32,000 nucleotides of DNA from positions 1,170,001 to 1,202,000 of the forward strand of contig NC_007493.2 of assembly GCF_000012905.2 (NCBI RefSeq), in the 5' to 3' direction. Source of the DNA: Cereibacter sphaeroides 2.4.1. Its GTDB lineage: Bacteria; Pseudomonadota; Alphaproteobacteria; Rhodobacterales; Rhodobacteraceae. Of the stretch, positions 10,280-20,993 are shown one piece after another. The notes beneath the pieces were generated by a model that was not told where the DNA came from, did no database searches, and saw only the letters and a program-made list of their open reading frames with translations. Position 1 is the stretch's first letter; every line of letters begins with the position of its first letter. A program made the position numbers and the translations under genes.

Positions 10280-11884
10280 TCAGACCATCATCTCCTTGGT
10301 GGCCGTCAGCCGCACCTCCGGGTGATCCCGGCTCACGCGGTCGATGTCCCACTGCAGGCGGGTGAGATAGACGAGGTCGCCGTCGCTGTCATGGGCGATA
10401 TGGCCCTTGTTGACGTTGACGAAGGCCTCGACAGCCGCCTTCGGCCCCATCACCCAGCGCGCCGAGGTGAATTGCGAGCCCTCGAACCGCACGGGCAGCG
10501 AATATTCCAGCTCGATCCGGCTGGCCAGCACGTCGAACTGCAGCGCACCCACCACGCCCACGATGAAGCCCGAGCCGATCATCGGCTTGAAGACCTTAGC
10601 CGCACCTTCCTCGGCGAACTGCATCAGTGCCTTTTCCAGATGCTTGGCCTTCATCGGATCGCCCGCCCGCACGCCCTGCAGAAGCTCGGGCGCGAAGGAG
10701 GGGATGCCGGTGAAGCGCAGCGCCTCGCCCTCGGTCAGCGCATCGCCGATGCGAAGCTGGCCGTGGTTCGGAATGCCGATGATGTCGCCCGCCCAGGCCT
10801 CCTCGGCAAGCTCGCGGTCGGCGGCGAGGAAGAGCACGGGGTTCGTCACCGCCATCGGCTTCTTCGAGCGAACGTGGAGGAGCTTCATCCCGCGCTCGAA
10901 ATGGCCGGAGGCGAGGCGTACGAAGGCCACCCGGTCGCGGTGCTTGGGATCCATGTTGGCCTGCACCTTGAATACGAAGCCCGTCACCGGCGTCTCCTCG
11001 GGCGCGATGCCGCGCTCGGCCGCCTTCTGGATCTGCGGCTCGGGGCCGAATTCGCCCATGCCGCTCATCAGCTCCTTCACGCCGAAGGAATTGATCGCCG
11101 AGCCGAACCAGATCGGGGTGAGGTGGCCTTCGAGGAAGCTCTGCCGGTCGAAGGCGGGCAAGAGCGCGCGCGCCATCTCGAGCTCTTCGCGGAGCTTCTC
11201 GAGCTGTTCGGCCGGAACATGCTGGGCGAGCATCGGGTCGTCGAGCCCCTCGATCTTGATCGACTCCGCCACCCGGTTCCGGTCGGCCCGGTCCATGAGC
11301 TCCAGCCGGTCGTGCAGGATGTCGTAGCAGCCGAGGAAGTCGCGCCCCATGCCGATGGGCCAGGAGGCGGGCGCCACATCGATGGCGAGGTTCGACTGGA
11401 TCTCGTCGATGATCTCGAACGTGTCGCGGCTTTCCCGGTCCATCTTGTTGCAGAAGGTCAGGATCGGCAGGTCCCGCAGGCGGCAGACCTCGAAGAGCTT
11501 GCGGGTCTGGCTTTCCACGCCCTTGGCGCCGTCGATCACCATGATGGCCGCATCGACCGCCGTCAGCGTGCGGTAGGTGTCTTCCGAGAAGTCCGAGTGG
11601 CCGGGCGTGTCGACGAGGTTGAAGCGCCACTGGCTGAAATCGAAGCTCATGGCCGAGGCCGAGACCGAGATCCCGCGCTCCTTCTCCAGCGCCATGAAGT
11701 CCGAGCGCGTGCGCCGCGCCTCGCCCTTGGCCCGGACCTGACCCGCCATCTGGATCGCGCCGCCGAAGAGGAGGAACTTCTCGGTCAGAGTCGTCTTGCC
11801 GGCGTCCGGATGCGAGATGATCGCGAAGGTCCGGCGGCGGGCGATTTCGGGAGGCAGGGCGGGGCGGTTCGACTGGTCCAGCAT
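10280..11884 (-). CDS. prfC: Peptide chain release factor 3 (translational GTPase)
   Basis: 534 aa with RRRTFAIISHPDAGKTTLTEKFLLFGGAIQ (G1), DTPGHSDF (G3) and NKMDR (G4). The length and motifs are typical of RF3. Confidence 0.93.
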   Translation of the reverse strand: MLDQSNRPALPPEIARRRTFAIISHPDAGKTTLTEKFLLFGGAIQMAGQVRAKGEARRTRSDFMALEKERGISVSASAMSFDFSQWRFNLVDTPGHSDFSEDTYRTLTAVDAAIMVIDGAKGVESQTRKLFEVCRLRDLPILTFCNKMDRESRDTFEIIDEIQSNLAIDVAPASWPIGMGRDFLGCYDILHDRLELMDRADRNRVAESIKIEGLDDPMLAQHVPAEQLEKLREELEMARALLPAFDRQSFLEGHLTPIWFGSAINSFGVKELMSGMGEFGPEPQIQKAAERGIAPEETPVTGFVFKVQANMDPKHRDRVAFVRLASGHFERGMKLLHVRSKKPMAVTNPVLFLAADRELAEEAWAGDIIGIPNHGQLRIGDALTEGEALRFTGIPSFAPELLQGVRAGDPMKAKHLEKALMQFAEEGAAKVFKPMIGSGFIVGVVGALQFDVLASRIELEYSLPVRFEGSQFTSARWVMGPKAAVEAFVNVNKGHIAHDSDGDLVYLTRLQWDIDRVSRDHPEVRLTATKEMMV

Positions 11885-12043
11885 GGGCGCGATATAGCCG
11901 CTGGCCCGCGGCTTGGAAAGCGCGTCCTGAGCGCCCGCTGTCGCAGCGGGCCGGCGGCACCCCGCACCTGCGCCCGTTCCGGGTTTCGATCACGGAGCAG
12001 GGCTGCTAAGTCGAGCGGGAAACGATGTATGGGAGAGATGACA

Positions 12044-12823
12044 ATGGATCTGGGTATTCGCGGTCGCCGGGCACTGGTCTGCGCCTCGTCGAAGGGGCTG
12101 GGCCTTGGCTGTGCGGCGGCTCTGGCCGAGGCCGGTGTCGATCTGATGATGAACGCGCGCGGCGCCGAGGCGCTCGAGGCGGCGGCCGAGGATCTGCGGC
12201 AGCGGTTCGGCGCGAACGTGACCACGGTGGCGGCAGACATCGTCTCGGAAGAGGGGCGGGCGCGGGTGCTCGAGGCCGCGGGCGCGGTCGACATCCTCGT
12301 GACCAACGCGGGCGGCCCCCCGCCCGGCCTCTGGTCGGACTGGACGCGCGACGATTTCATCCGGGCGCTCGATGCCAACATGCTGACGCCCATCGCGCTG
12401 ATGACCGCGCTGCTGCCGGCCATGATCGAAAGCGGCTGGGGCCGCGTCGTCAACATCACCTCGCAGTCGGTGCGCGCCCCGATCCCGGCGCTCGGCCTGT
12501 CGAACTCGGCGCGCACGGGGCTGACGGGCTATGTGGCGGGCACCTCGCGGCAGGTGGCGCAGCACGGTGTCTGCATCAACAACCTGCTGCCGGGCATCCA
12601 TGACACCGACCGGGCCGAGGCGCTCGACCGCAATGCGATGAAGGCGCAGGGCATCACGCGCGAAGAGGCCCGCGCGCAGCGGGCGGCCAGCATCCCCACC
12701 CGCCACTACGGCCGGGCCGAGGATTTCGGCGCCGCCTGCGCCTTCCTCTGCTCCGAGCATGCGCGCTTCATCGTGGGCCAGAACCTGCTGGTCGACGGCG
12801 GCGGCACCAACCTCACGGTCTGA
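12044..12823 (+). CDS. Short-chain dehydrogenase/reductase (SDR) family oxidoreductase
   Basis: MDLGIRGRRALVCASSKGLGLG is a Rossmann glycine motif variant, and NAGGPPPG and SQSV...GLSNSAR are also present. In-frame ATGs occur at 12029, 12038 and 12044; 12044 has a GGAGAG Shine-Dalgarno 6 nt upstream. The upstream 1.9 kb of the track ORF is antisense to prfC and is not coding. Confidence 0.8.
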   Translation: MDLGIRGRRALVCASSKGLGLGCAAALAEAGVDLMMNARGAEALEAAAEDLRQRFGANVTTVAADIVSEEGRARVLEAAGAVDILVTNAGGPPPGLWSDWTRDDFIRALDANMLTPIALMTALLPAMIESGWGRVVNITSQSVRAPIPALGLSNSARTGLTGYVAGTSRQVAQHGVCINNLLPGIHDTDRAEALDRNAMKAQGITREEARAQRAASIPTRHYGRAEDFGAACAFLCSEHARFIVGQNLLVDGGGTNLTV

Positions 12824-12859
12824 GACAGCCGCGGCCCGGAGGCTTGATCCGGGCCGCGA

Positions 12860-13996
<1,137 letters not shown>

Positions 13997-14163
13997 ACGC
14001 GTGCCCTGGGGCGGGCTGCGCACCCCGCGAAAGCTCGTTGCAGCGAAAGCCCCGGGACAAAAAACGCGGAGGCGGCGCGAAAGGGTCTTTGATCCGGGGG
14101 CGCGAACCAATAACTAGGGGCAGTGACGAAGAGAGGCCGCATGTCGGCCGCAGGAGACGCGAG

Positions 14164-14376
14164 ATGCTCAACAATATCGGTTTGCCCGGCCTGCTGCTCA
14201 TTGCGGTGGTGGTGCTCGTGCTGTTCGGGCGCGGCAAGGTCAGCTCGCTCATGGGCGAAGTTGGCAAGGGGATCAATGCCTTCAAGAAGGGCATCAAGGA
14301 AGAGACGGCCGAGATCGAAAACCGCCCCGAGACGACGCGCGACGTGACGCCCGCCTCCGAGCGCGACAAAGTCTGA
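14164..14376 (+). CDS. tatA: Twin-arginine translocase subunit TatA
   Basis: 70 aa: MLNNIGLPGLLLIAVVVLVLFGRGKVSSLMGEVGKGINAFKKG. This is the classic TatA/E transmembrane helix plus amphipathic helix, and tatB and tatC follow. Confidence 0.9.
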   Translation: MLNNIGLPGLLLIAVVVLVLFGRGKVSSLMGEVGKGINAFKKGIKEETAEIENRPETTRDVTPASERDKV

Positions 14377-14386
14377 CAGGCCCCCG

Positions 14387-14863
14387 ATGTTCGACATCGG
14401 CTGGAGCGAGCTGCTCGTCATCGGCGTGGTGGCGCTGGTCGTGGTGGGTCCCAAGGACCTGCCCGAGATGTTCCGCACCCTCGGACGTGTGACAGCCAAG
14501 GCCCGCAACATGGCGCGCGAGTTCCAGCGCGCGATGGAGGCGGCGGCGGACGAGACCGGCGTCAAGGATGTGGTGAAGGACGTCAAGAACGTGACCTCGC
14601 CGCGCAGCATGGGTCTCGACGCGATGAAGCAGGCGGCGGACCGGTTCGAGAAATGGGACCCGATGAAGCCGCAGCAGGGCGCGCCGAAGCCGGCTGCTCC
14701 GGCGAGCAGCATTCCGGCCGCGAAGGCCCAGCAGGGCGCAGGCGCCGCTGCCGTCACCGCGCCGCCCGCATCCGAGCCGGCTGCCCCGGTGCCGCAGGCT
14801 CCTGCGGCGGCGGCCCCCGAGGCCGCGTCCCCCGCGCCGGCCGAGCCCAAGAGTAACGCATGA
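14387..14863 (+). CDS. tatB: Twin-arginine translocase subunit TatB
   Basis: 158 aa beginning [34 protein letters not shown], with an Ala/Pro-rich tail. The stop overlaps the tatC start by 4 nt. Confidence 0.9.
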   Translation: MFDIGWSELLVIGVVALVVVGPKDLPEMFRTLGRVTAKARNMAREFQRAMEAAADETGVKDVVKDVKNVTSPRSMGLDAMKQAADRFEKWDPMKPQQGAPKPAAPASSIPAAKAQQGAGAAAVTAPPASEPAAPVPQAPAAAAPEAASPAPAEPKSNA

Positions 14864-15729
14864 GCCTCGACAGCCGAGACGACATCGACAGTTCCAGTGC
14901 TCCGCTGATCGAGCATCTGGCAGAGTTGCGGAACCGGATCCTGATCTCGCTCGCGGCCTTTCTGGTCGCTATGCTGGCGTCGTTCACGGTCTGGAACCCG
15001 ATCTTCAACTTCCTCACCCACCCGATCTGCGACGCGCTGAACGCGCGGGGGCAGGACTGCTCGCTGATCCTCATCAAGCTGCAGGAAGGCTTCTTCGTGG
15101 CCATCCGCATCTCGGTGATGGGGGGCATCATCCTCTCCTTCCCGATCATCGCATGGCAGATGTGGCGTTTCGTGGCGCCGGGGCTCTACCGCAACGAAAA
15201 GGCGGCCTTCCTGCCGTTCATCGTCGCCTCGCCGCTCATGTTCCTGCTGGGCGGCATCTTCGCCTTCTACATCGTGCTGCCCATCGCCTTCGACTTCTTC
15301 CTGGGCTTCCAGCAGTTCATGACCGAGCAGCCGGGCGCTGTGCGCGAAGACGGCACGATGCCGCTCGCAGGCGTGGTGTTCCAGGGGTCGATGGAGCAGT
15401 ATCTGGCGCTGACCACGACCTTCATCCTGGCCTTCGGTCTCTGCTTCCAGCTTCCGGTCCTGCTCACGCTGATGGGCAAGGCGGGGCTCGTGACGGCGCG
15501 GGGCCTCTCCTCGATGCGCAAATATGCCATCGTGCTGATTCTGATCGTGGCGGCCTTCGCGACGCCGCCCGACATGATGTCCCAGATGATCCTCTTCGGC
15601 GCGGTCTATCCGCTCTACGAGATCTCGATCCTGCTCATCCGCCGGATCGAGCGGAAGCGCGAGGCCGAGCTGCGGGCGCAGGGGCTGTGGTTCGAGGACG
15701 AGAACGAGGAAGAGGACGGCAAGGCATGA
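14860..15729 (+). CDS. tatC: Twin-arginine translocase subunit TatC
   Basis: 289-aa polytopic protein with the conserved N-terminal [14 protein letters not shown] motif. It lies in tatABC order. Confidence 0.92.
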   Translation: MSLDSRDDIDSSSAPLIEHLAELRNRILISLAAFLVAMLASFTVWNPIFNFLTHPICDALNARGQDCSLILIKLQEGFFVAIRISVMGGIILSFPIIAWQMWRFVAPGLYRNEKAAFLPFIVASPLMFLLGGIFAFYIVLPIAFDFFLGFQQFMTEQPGAVREDGTMPLAGVVFQGSMEQYLALTTTFILAFGLCFQLPVLLTLMGKAGLVTARGLSSMRKYAIVLILIVAAFATPPDMMSQMILFGAVYPLYEISILLIRRIERKREAELRAQGLWFEDENEEEDGKA

Positions 15730-16565
15730 GCGACGACGCCCTGTCGCGCATCGCGGCGGCGCTCGAACGGATGAGCCCGCCGCCGATGCCCGCCCCGGAC
15801 TTCTCGGCGGTGGATGCCTTCGCGTGGCACACGTCGCCCGACCGGCTGGAGCCGGTGCCGCGGGTGGCGCGGGTGGATCTTTCGCTTCTGGTGGGGGTGA
15901 ACCGGGCGCGCGACATCCTGCTCGACAATACCGAGCATTTCGCGCGCGGGCTGCCTGCGAACAATGCGCTCCTCTGGGGCTCGCGCGGGATGGGCAAGTC
16001 GAGCCTCGTCAAGGCGATCCATGCGGCGGTGGTGGCCAAGGGCCTGCCGCTCAAGATCGTCGAGTTGAGCCGCGAGGATCTGCCCTCGGTCCAGCGGCTC
16101 CTGAAGCATCTGCGCGGCGCGCCGTTCCGCTTCATCCTGTTCTGCGACGACCTGTCGTTCAGCCACGACGACCAGCATTACAAGTCGCTGAAGGCGGTTC
16201 TGGACGGCGGGATCGAGGGGCGGCCCGAGAATGTCATTCTCTATGCGACCTCGAACCGGCGGCATCTGATGCCGCGCGACATGATCGAGAACGAGCGCTC
16301 GACCGCGATCAGCCCCTCCGAGGCCGTCGAGGAGAAGGTCTCGCTCTCGGACCGGTTCGGGCTCTGGCTGGGCTTCCATCCCTGCTCGCAGGACGAGTAT
16401 CTCGAGATGATCCGCGGCTATTGCGCGGCCCACGGGCTGAGCGTTGCCGAGGAGGAGCTGAGGGCCGAGGCCATCGAATGGCAGGCCACGCGCGGCGCCC
16501 GCTCTGGCCGGGTGGCGTGGCAGTTCTTCACCGACCTTGCGGCGCGGCACGGCGTGGCGCTCTGA
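15726..16565 (+). CDS. AAA/P-loop ATPase of the DUF815 family
   Basis: The start ATG at 15726 overlaps the tatC stop as ATGA. The protein has the P-loop GSRGMGKSS and a Walker B-like [10 protein letters not shown]. The track ORF from 15153 is an out-of-frame extension through tatC. Confidence 0.75.
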   Translation: MSDDALSRIAAALERMSPPPMPAPDFSAVDAFAWHTSPDRLEPVPRVARVDLSLLVGVNRARDILLDNTEHFARGLPANNALLWGSRGMGKSSLVKAIHAAVVAKGLPLKIVELSREDLPSVQRLLKHLRGAPFRFILFCDDLSFSHDDQHYKSLKAVLDGGIEGRPENVILYATSNRRHLMPRDMIENERSTAISPSEAVEEKVSLSDRFGLWLGFHPCSQDEYLEMIRGYCAAHGLSVAEEELRAEAIEWQATRGARSGRVAWQFFTDLAARHGVAL

Positions 16566-16591
16566 GCCTCATACGGCGAACCTCGACATGA

Positions 16592-16632
16592 AAACTGCCG
16601 CAGCACTTCATGTGCTGCGGTAGTTTGCTTTT
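16592..16632. terminator. Bidirectional rho-independent terminator between convergent genes
   Basis: aaactgccgcagcac-ttcat-gtgctgcggtagttt forms a 14/15-bp stem (16592-16606 with 16612-16626). The + strand is followed by gctttt, and the upstream aaaa gives a U-run on the - strand. Confidence 0.75.
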
Positions 16633-16659
16633 CTAACCCCTTGGGAGAGATCGGATTTC

Positions 16660-17859
16660 CTACTGAAGATAGGGCATCGGATCGACGCTCTCGAACCCCT
16701 TGCGGACCTCGAAATGGACGAAGGGCGGGTCGGCCGCGCGCACCACGGCGATGGGCTGTCCGCGCTTCACGCTGGCACCCTTGGTGACCTTGATGCCGTC
16801 GATATTGGCATAGACCGTCAGCAGGTTGTCGGGGTGCCGGATCACGAGGATCGGCACCTGATCGGTGTCCTGCGTGATGGCCGCCACCGTCCCGTCCGCG
16901 GCCGCCGCCACCGGCGTGCCCACGGCCGCCGAGATGTCGATGCCGTCGTTCTTCTTCTTCACATAGCCGCGGATGATCTTGCCCTGCACCGGGAATCCCA
17001 GCCGCGAGGCGGAGGCCTGCGTGCGCTGTGCGCCCATGTCGGGCGAGGCCGGCTGGCCTGCGGGTTTCGAGGCGGGCGTGGTCGACTCGGCGGGCAGCGG
17101 CTTGGCCGCCGAGGGCGGGGTGGGCGTCGGCGAGCCTGCCCCGGGCACCGTGACCGCGGTCACATTGGCGGGCACCGTGGGCGGGGGCGCAGAGGCGGTC
17201 GGGATCATCAGATACTGGCCCTCGCGGATCGCGAGATCCGGCCCGAGCCCGTTCCAGTCCGCCAGCGCCTTGGGCGAGACATTGTAGCTGCGCGCGATCG
17301 AATAGGCGGTCTCTCCCCGCGACACACGGTGGCGGGCAGGCTCTGTCGCGGCAGACTGCACGGGGGCCGGAGCGGGAGCGGCGGCCACCGGCGCGGTGGC
17401 AGGGCCCGCCCGGTCGAGGGCGCTGGTGGCGATGGCGGTCACGTCGATGCCGCCGGGGCTCGCCGCGCCGGGCGCCGTCATGACGGGCGCCGGGGTCATG
17501 GCGGGAGCCGCCGCCACGCGCTGCGGCAGCACGACCACTTCTCCGGCGCGCAGAGGGTTCTGCGGCGAGAGGGCATTGTAGCTCGCGACCTGCGTGGCAT
17601 CGAGCCCGAGGCGGCTCGAGAGCGAGGCGACCGTCTCGCCCTGCCGGGCAACGGCCACCTGATAGGTCGGATAGGAGATGATCCCGCGGTCGTCGGCGCG
17701 GGGGCGGGGGGCGCTGACCGCCCGCGCGGCCTCGGCCGTGCTGAGCCCGCCGGGGCGACCGCGCAGGTCCCAGTCTAGGTCCGAAGTGCTGCAGGCGGCG
17801 AGGATCGTCAGCGTCGCCGTCATGCAAAGGGCGCCTGCGCGCGTGGGACGGTGGAACAT
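16660..17859 (-). CDS. nlpD: LysM-domain M23 family murein DD-endopeptidase lipoprotein (NlpD-like)
   Basis: The N-terminus is a signal peptide with lipobox (MTATLTILAACS). There are two LysM-like segments (YQVAVARQGETVASLSSRLG... and HRVSRGETAYSIARSYNV...) and a C-terminal M23 domain (GIDISAAVGTPVAAAADGTV...HPDNLLTVYANI...VHFEVRKG). It sits in the surE-pcm-nlpD context. Confidence 0.88.
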   Translation of the reverse strand: MFHRPTRAGALCMTATLTILAACSTSDLDWDLRGRPGGLSTAEAARAVSAPRPRADDRGIISYPTYQVAVARQGETVASLSSRLGLDATQVASYNALSPQNPLRAGEVVVLPQRVAAAPAMTPAPVMTAPGAASPGGIDVTAIATSALDRAGPATAPVAAAPAPAPVQSAATEPARHRVSRGETAYSIARSYNVSPKALADWNGLGPDLAIREGQYLMIPTASAPPPTVPANVTAVTVPGAGSPTPTPPSAAKPLPAESTTPASKPAGQPASPDMGAQRTQASASRLGFPVQGKIIRGYVKKKNDGIDISAAVGTPVAAAADGTVAAITQDTDQVPILVIRHPDNLLTVYANIDGIKVTKGASVKRGQPIAVVRAADPPFVHFEVRKGFESVDPMPYLQ

Positions 17860-17982
17860 GCTCTGCCTCTCGTCTTGCGGTCCGGGTTGATCCCGGAGCT
17901 TGTCGATCGCCCGGGCGGGATCCCGGAGCCACTCCGGCGCTGCTCGGCGCCGGTGGACCGTCCGGGCACCCCCGGTGACGGG

Positions 17983-18642
17983 TCAGTCCGACCCGATGCC
18001 TTCGACCAGAGGCACGAAGCGCACCGGACGAAGTTCCTCGTAATCGTAACCCTGCTCGAGCCGGGTCACCTTGATCAGGTTCTGCACCGCATCGGTCTGG
18101 CCGACCGGGACGACCATGATACCGCCGATCTTCAATTGTGCCAACAGGGGGCCGGGCGGGTCCTCGGCCGCGGCAGTGACGAGGATCCGGTCGAACGGGG
18201 CCTGTTCCGGCAGGCCGAAACTGCCGTCCGCAATGAGCGCGGTGATGTTGGTCAGGGACAGGCGGTGGAAGACCTCGGTCGCCTCGCGCACGAGGCGGCG
18301 ATGACGGTCGACGGTGTAGACGCGGCGGGCGAGCTGGCTCAGGACGGCGGCCTGATAGCCCGAGCCGGTTCCCACCTCGAGCACCTTGTCGCGCGGGTTC
18401 ACCGCCAGCGCCTGGCTCATCAGCCCCACGACCGAGGGCTGGCTGATGGTCTGGCCGCAGGCGATGGGCAGCGGCATGTCCTCATAGGCACGGTCGGCGA
18501 AGATGCCGCGGACGAAGGCGCCGCGGTCGATCCGCTCCATGGCGGCGAGCACGCGGGCATCCGTGACGCCCCGCGAGCGGACGGCGAACAGGAACCGCAT
18601 CTTGCGTTCGGCCGGATCCTCCCCGTCTGCCTCTGCCGTCAT
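17983..18642 (-). CDS. pcm: Protein-L-isoaspartate O-methyltransferase
   Basis: 219 aa with [12 protein letters not shown] and the SAM-binding [15 protein letters not shown] motif. The start overlaps the surE stop by 4 nt. Confidence 0.92.
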
Positions 18643-19424
18643 CCGATGAGCGCCTCCAGCTCGGCCAGCCGGTCATGCGCAGTCAGATCCGCGCGCAGCG
18701 GCGTGATCGAGACGAACCCTTCGAGGTTCACGGCCGCATCGGTGCCGGGCAGCGTCGGGCTCTGCTGGGCGCCGCCCCGGATCCAGAGGAAGCGGCGACC
18801 CGAGGGCGACATGTGCGGCTCGACCCCGAAGGAGGTGTCGCGCCGGAAGCCCTGCGCCGCCACGCGGTGGCCGCGCAGGTTCGCAGCCGGCACGGGCGGG
18901 AAGTTCACGTTGTAGAACAGCCGGTAGTCCTCGCCGTCCCAGAGCCCGCGCTCGAGCAGGAGGCGTACGATGCGCGCGCCATGGGTGCGGGCGCATTCGA
19001 ACGGATCGGCCAGCCCCTCCGTTTCGGGGCCGAGGAACTGGGACAGGGCGATGGCGGGCAGGCCCTGCAGCGCCGCCTCGAGCGCGCCGCCCACCGTGCC
19101 GGAATAGAGCACGTTCTCGGCGGAGTTGTTGCCCCGGTTCACGCCCGAGAGCACGAGGTCGGGGCGGGCGCCCTGCAGCACGTCGTAGAGCGCGGCGAGC
19201 ACGCAGTCGGCGGGGCTGCCCTCCGCTGCGTAGCGGCGCGGACCGAGCTTGGCGATCATCATCGGATGCGTGTAGCTGATCGCGTGCGAGACGCCGGACT
19301 GCTCGAAGGCGGGAGCGACGGTCCAGACCTCGCCCTCGGGGCCGGCCAGTTCGAGGGCGATCTGCTCGAGCACCTCGAGGCCGGGAGCGTTGATGCCGTC
19401 GTCGTTCGTGATCAGGATGCGCAT
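18639..19424 (-). CDS. surE: 5'/3'-nucleotidase SurE
   Basis: 261 aa with the N-terminal [16 protein letters not shown] signature and [21 protein letters not shown]. Confidence 0.93.
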
Positions 19425-20208
19425 GGGCCTCTCTCGTTTTCGATCATCTGCTTAGACGAGCGGGCGCCGGGGGTAAAGCACGCAGGTCCGGCACACGGCC
19501 CGAGGCGCCTGCATGTGGTCTGCGCGTGAGCTTTCGAACCGGAGGGCGGGTCTCTGCGGGGAACCATCCCGGACCCCGCGTGTTGCGGGGGCTCGGACGG
19601 GGCCACGCGGCCCTCGGTCAAGCCGCCCAACCGTTCATCGTAGGAGGTCCATGCCCGTGCTGCGCCGCCGCAGAAGACCGATGCAGGTGCAGCGGCGAGG
19701 CCCCGCCTGCGGCGGGAAACGGACCTTGATCTTCCCGGAGGTTCGCCGGTGGTTGGGGCAGGGGCGTCCGGTTCTTCACCTTGCGCGCACCGTGCGGGGC
19801 GTTCGTTCTACCTGGGGATGTTGCAATTACGTCCTTGAGTTGCAGAGGATTCCAGGATCACCGCAGGGCGGGAACTATCAATCGCAGCCTTGAAAAATGC
19901 CTAGAATCGGCGAGGATCATAAGGGCTGAAGCCTCGCCAGAGAATCACCCTCACCCGTCGGTGGAGCCCAGTGTCCTTTATGATTACGACGAGGCAATTT
20001 CGCGGGTGCAGCAAGAATCCGCACAACCGCGATGAATAAACCGCCCTGAAAATGGGCATGTCTTGACACTTTGGCGAAAGCGTTAGAAATTCTTGTTCTC
20101 ATTTGGACAATAATCAACCCGGAAGTCTTGGCACGACATGGCTCAGTAATTTCTGGATTAAAGTCGGTCCGTGCCTGAGTGGCGACACTCAAAAGCAACA
20201 GGTGTTTC

Positions 20209-20922
20209 ATGGAATTCAATCCACAATCGTCTCTGACTCCGGACAACGTCAGTCCGGATCACCTCTACCTGTCCTCGCTGCCACAGGTCGCCCAGGCGGC
20301 CTCTGCCCCCGTGGGCGGGGTGCTGAAGCGGCTCATCGACGTGGCCATCGCGGTGACGGCGCTGATCGCGCTCGCGCCGCTCATGATCGGCGTGGCGCTG
20401 ATCATCTGGTTCGGCAGCAACGGCCCGATCCTCTACGGCCACCAGCGCGTGGGGTTCGGCGGGCGGACCTTCCGCTGCTGGAAGTTCCGCTCGATGGTGG
20501 TGGACGGCGACGTGGTGCTCGAACGCCACCTGCGCGCCAACCCCGAGGCGCAGCGGGAATGGGAGCGTGACCGCAAGCTTCGCAAGGACCCGCGGGTGAC
20601 CCCCATCGGCGCCGTGATCCGGATGCTGTCGATCGACGAACTGCCGCAGCTGTTCAACATCCTCGCGGGCGAAATGAGCGTCGTGGGCCCCCGTCCGGTG
20701 GTCGCCGCCGAGCTGCGCCGCTACCGCGGGTCGGCCGGTCACTATCTGCGCACCCGCCCGGGCCTCACCGGCATGTGGCAGGTGAGCGGCCGCAGCGACC
20801 TCAGCTACCGGCAGCGCGTCCTGCTCGACCGCTACTATGTGATGCGCTGGACGGTGGTTTCCGACCTCGCGATCATCCTGCGTACGGTCCCGGCGGTGCT
20901 TCGCTCGCGCGGCTCCTGCTGA
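20209..20922 (+). CDS. exoY: Undecaprenyl-phosphate sugar phosphotransferase (bacterial sugar transferase family, ExoY-like priming enzyme)
   Basis: KRLIDVAIAVTALIALAPLMI (TM helix), FRCWKFRSM, DPRVTPIGAVIRMLSIDELPQLFNILAGEMSVVGPRP and RPGLTGMWQVSGRS are present. These are the hallmark PF02397 motifs, and the size and C-terminus resemble rhizobial ExoY. The start could be the GTG at 20179 or the ATG at 20209. Confidence 0.88.
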   Translation: MEFNPQSSLTPDNVSPDHLYLSSLPQVAQAASAPVGGVLKRLIDVAIAVTALIALAPLMIGVALIIWFGSNGPILYGHQRVGFGGRTFRCWKFRSMVVDGDVVLERHLRANPEAQREWERDRKLRKDPRVTPIGAVIRMLSIDELPQLFNILAGEMSVVGPRPVVAAELRRYRGSAGHYLRTRPGLTGMWQVSGRSDLSYRQRVLLDRYYVMRWTVVSDLAIILRTVPAVLRSRGSC

Positions 20923-20993
20923 CCTCCCACTCCTTTTGGCAGCGGCCGCGGCGGAAGCTCCCGCCGCGCCTTCATGTTCAGAAAGGTATCCGA

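Noticed and set aside
10079-12043. The 914-aa + strand ORF that fuses about 650 upstream codons to the SDR gene.
   Set aside because: The upstream part is antisense to prfC and lacks domain features. The SDR Rossmann motif begins right after the ATGs at 12038 and 12044, which have a good Shine-Dalgarno.
19531-19548. A tRNA-like T-loop string (ggttcgaaa on the - strand) in the gap downstream of surE.
   Set aside because: The flanking bases do not form a T-stem. No acceptor or anticodon arms can be drawn around it.
19651-19893. An 80-codon ORF preceded by a perfect AGGAGG (19643-19648): MPVLRRRRRPMQVQRRG...
   Set aside because: The Shine-Dalgarno to ATG spacing is only 3 nt. The product is extremely Arg-rich, as expected for off-frame GC-rich sequence, and I recognise no family resemblance. 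It is mentioned only within the finding on the intergenic gap.
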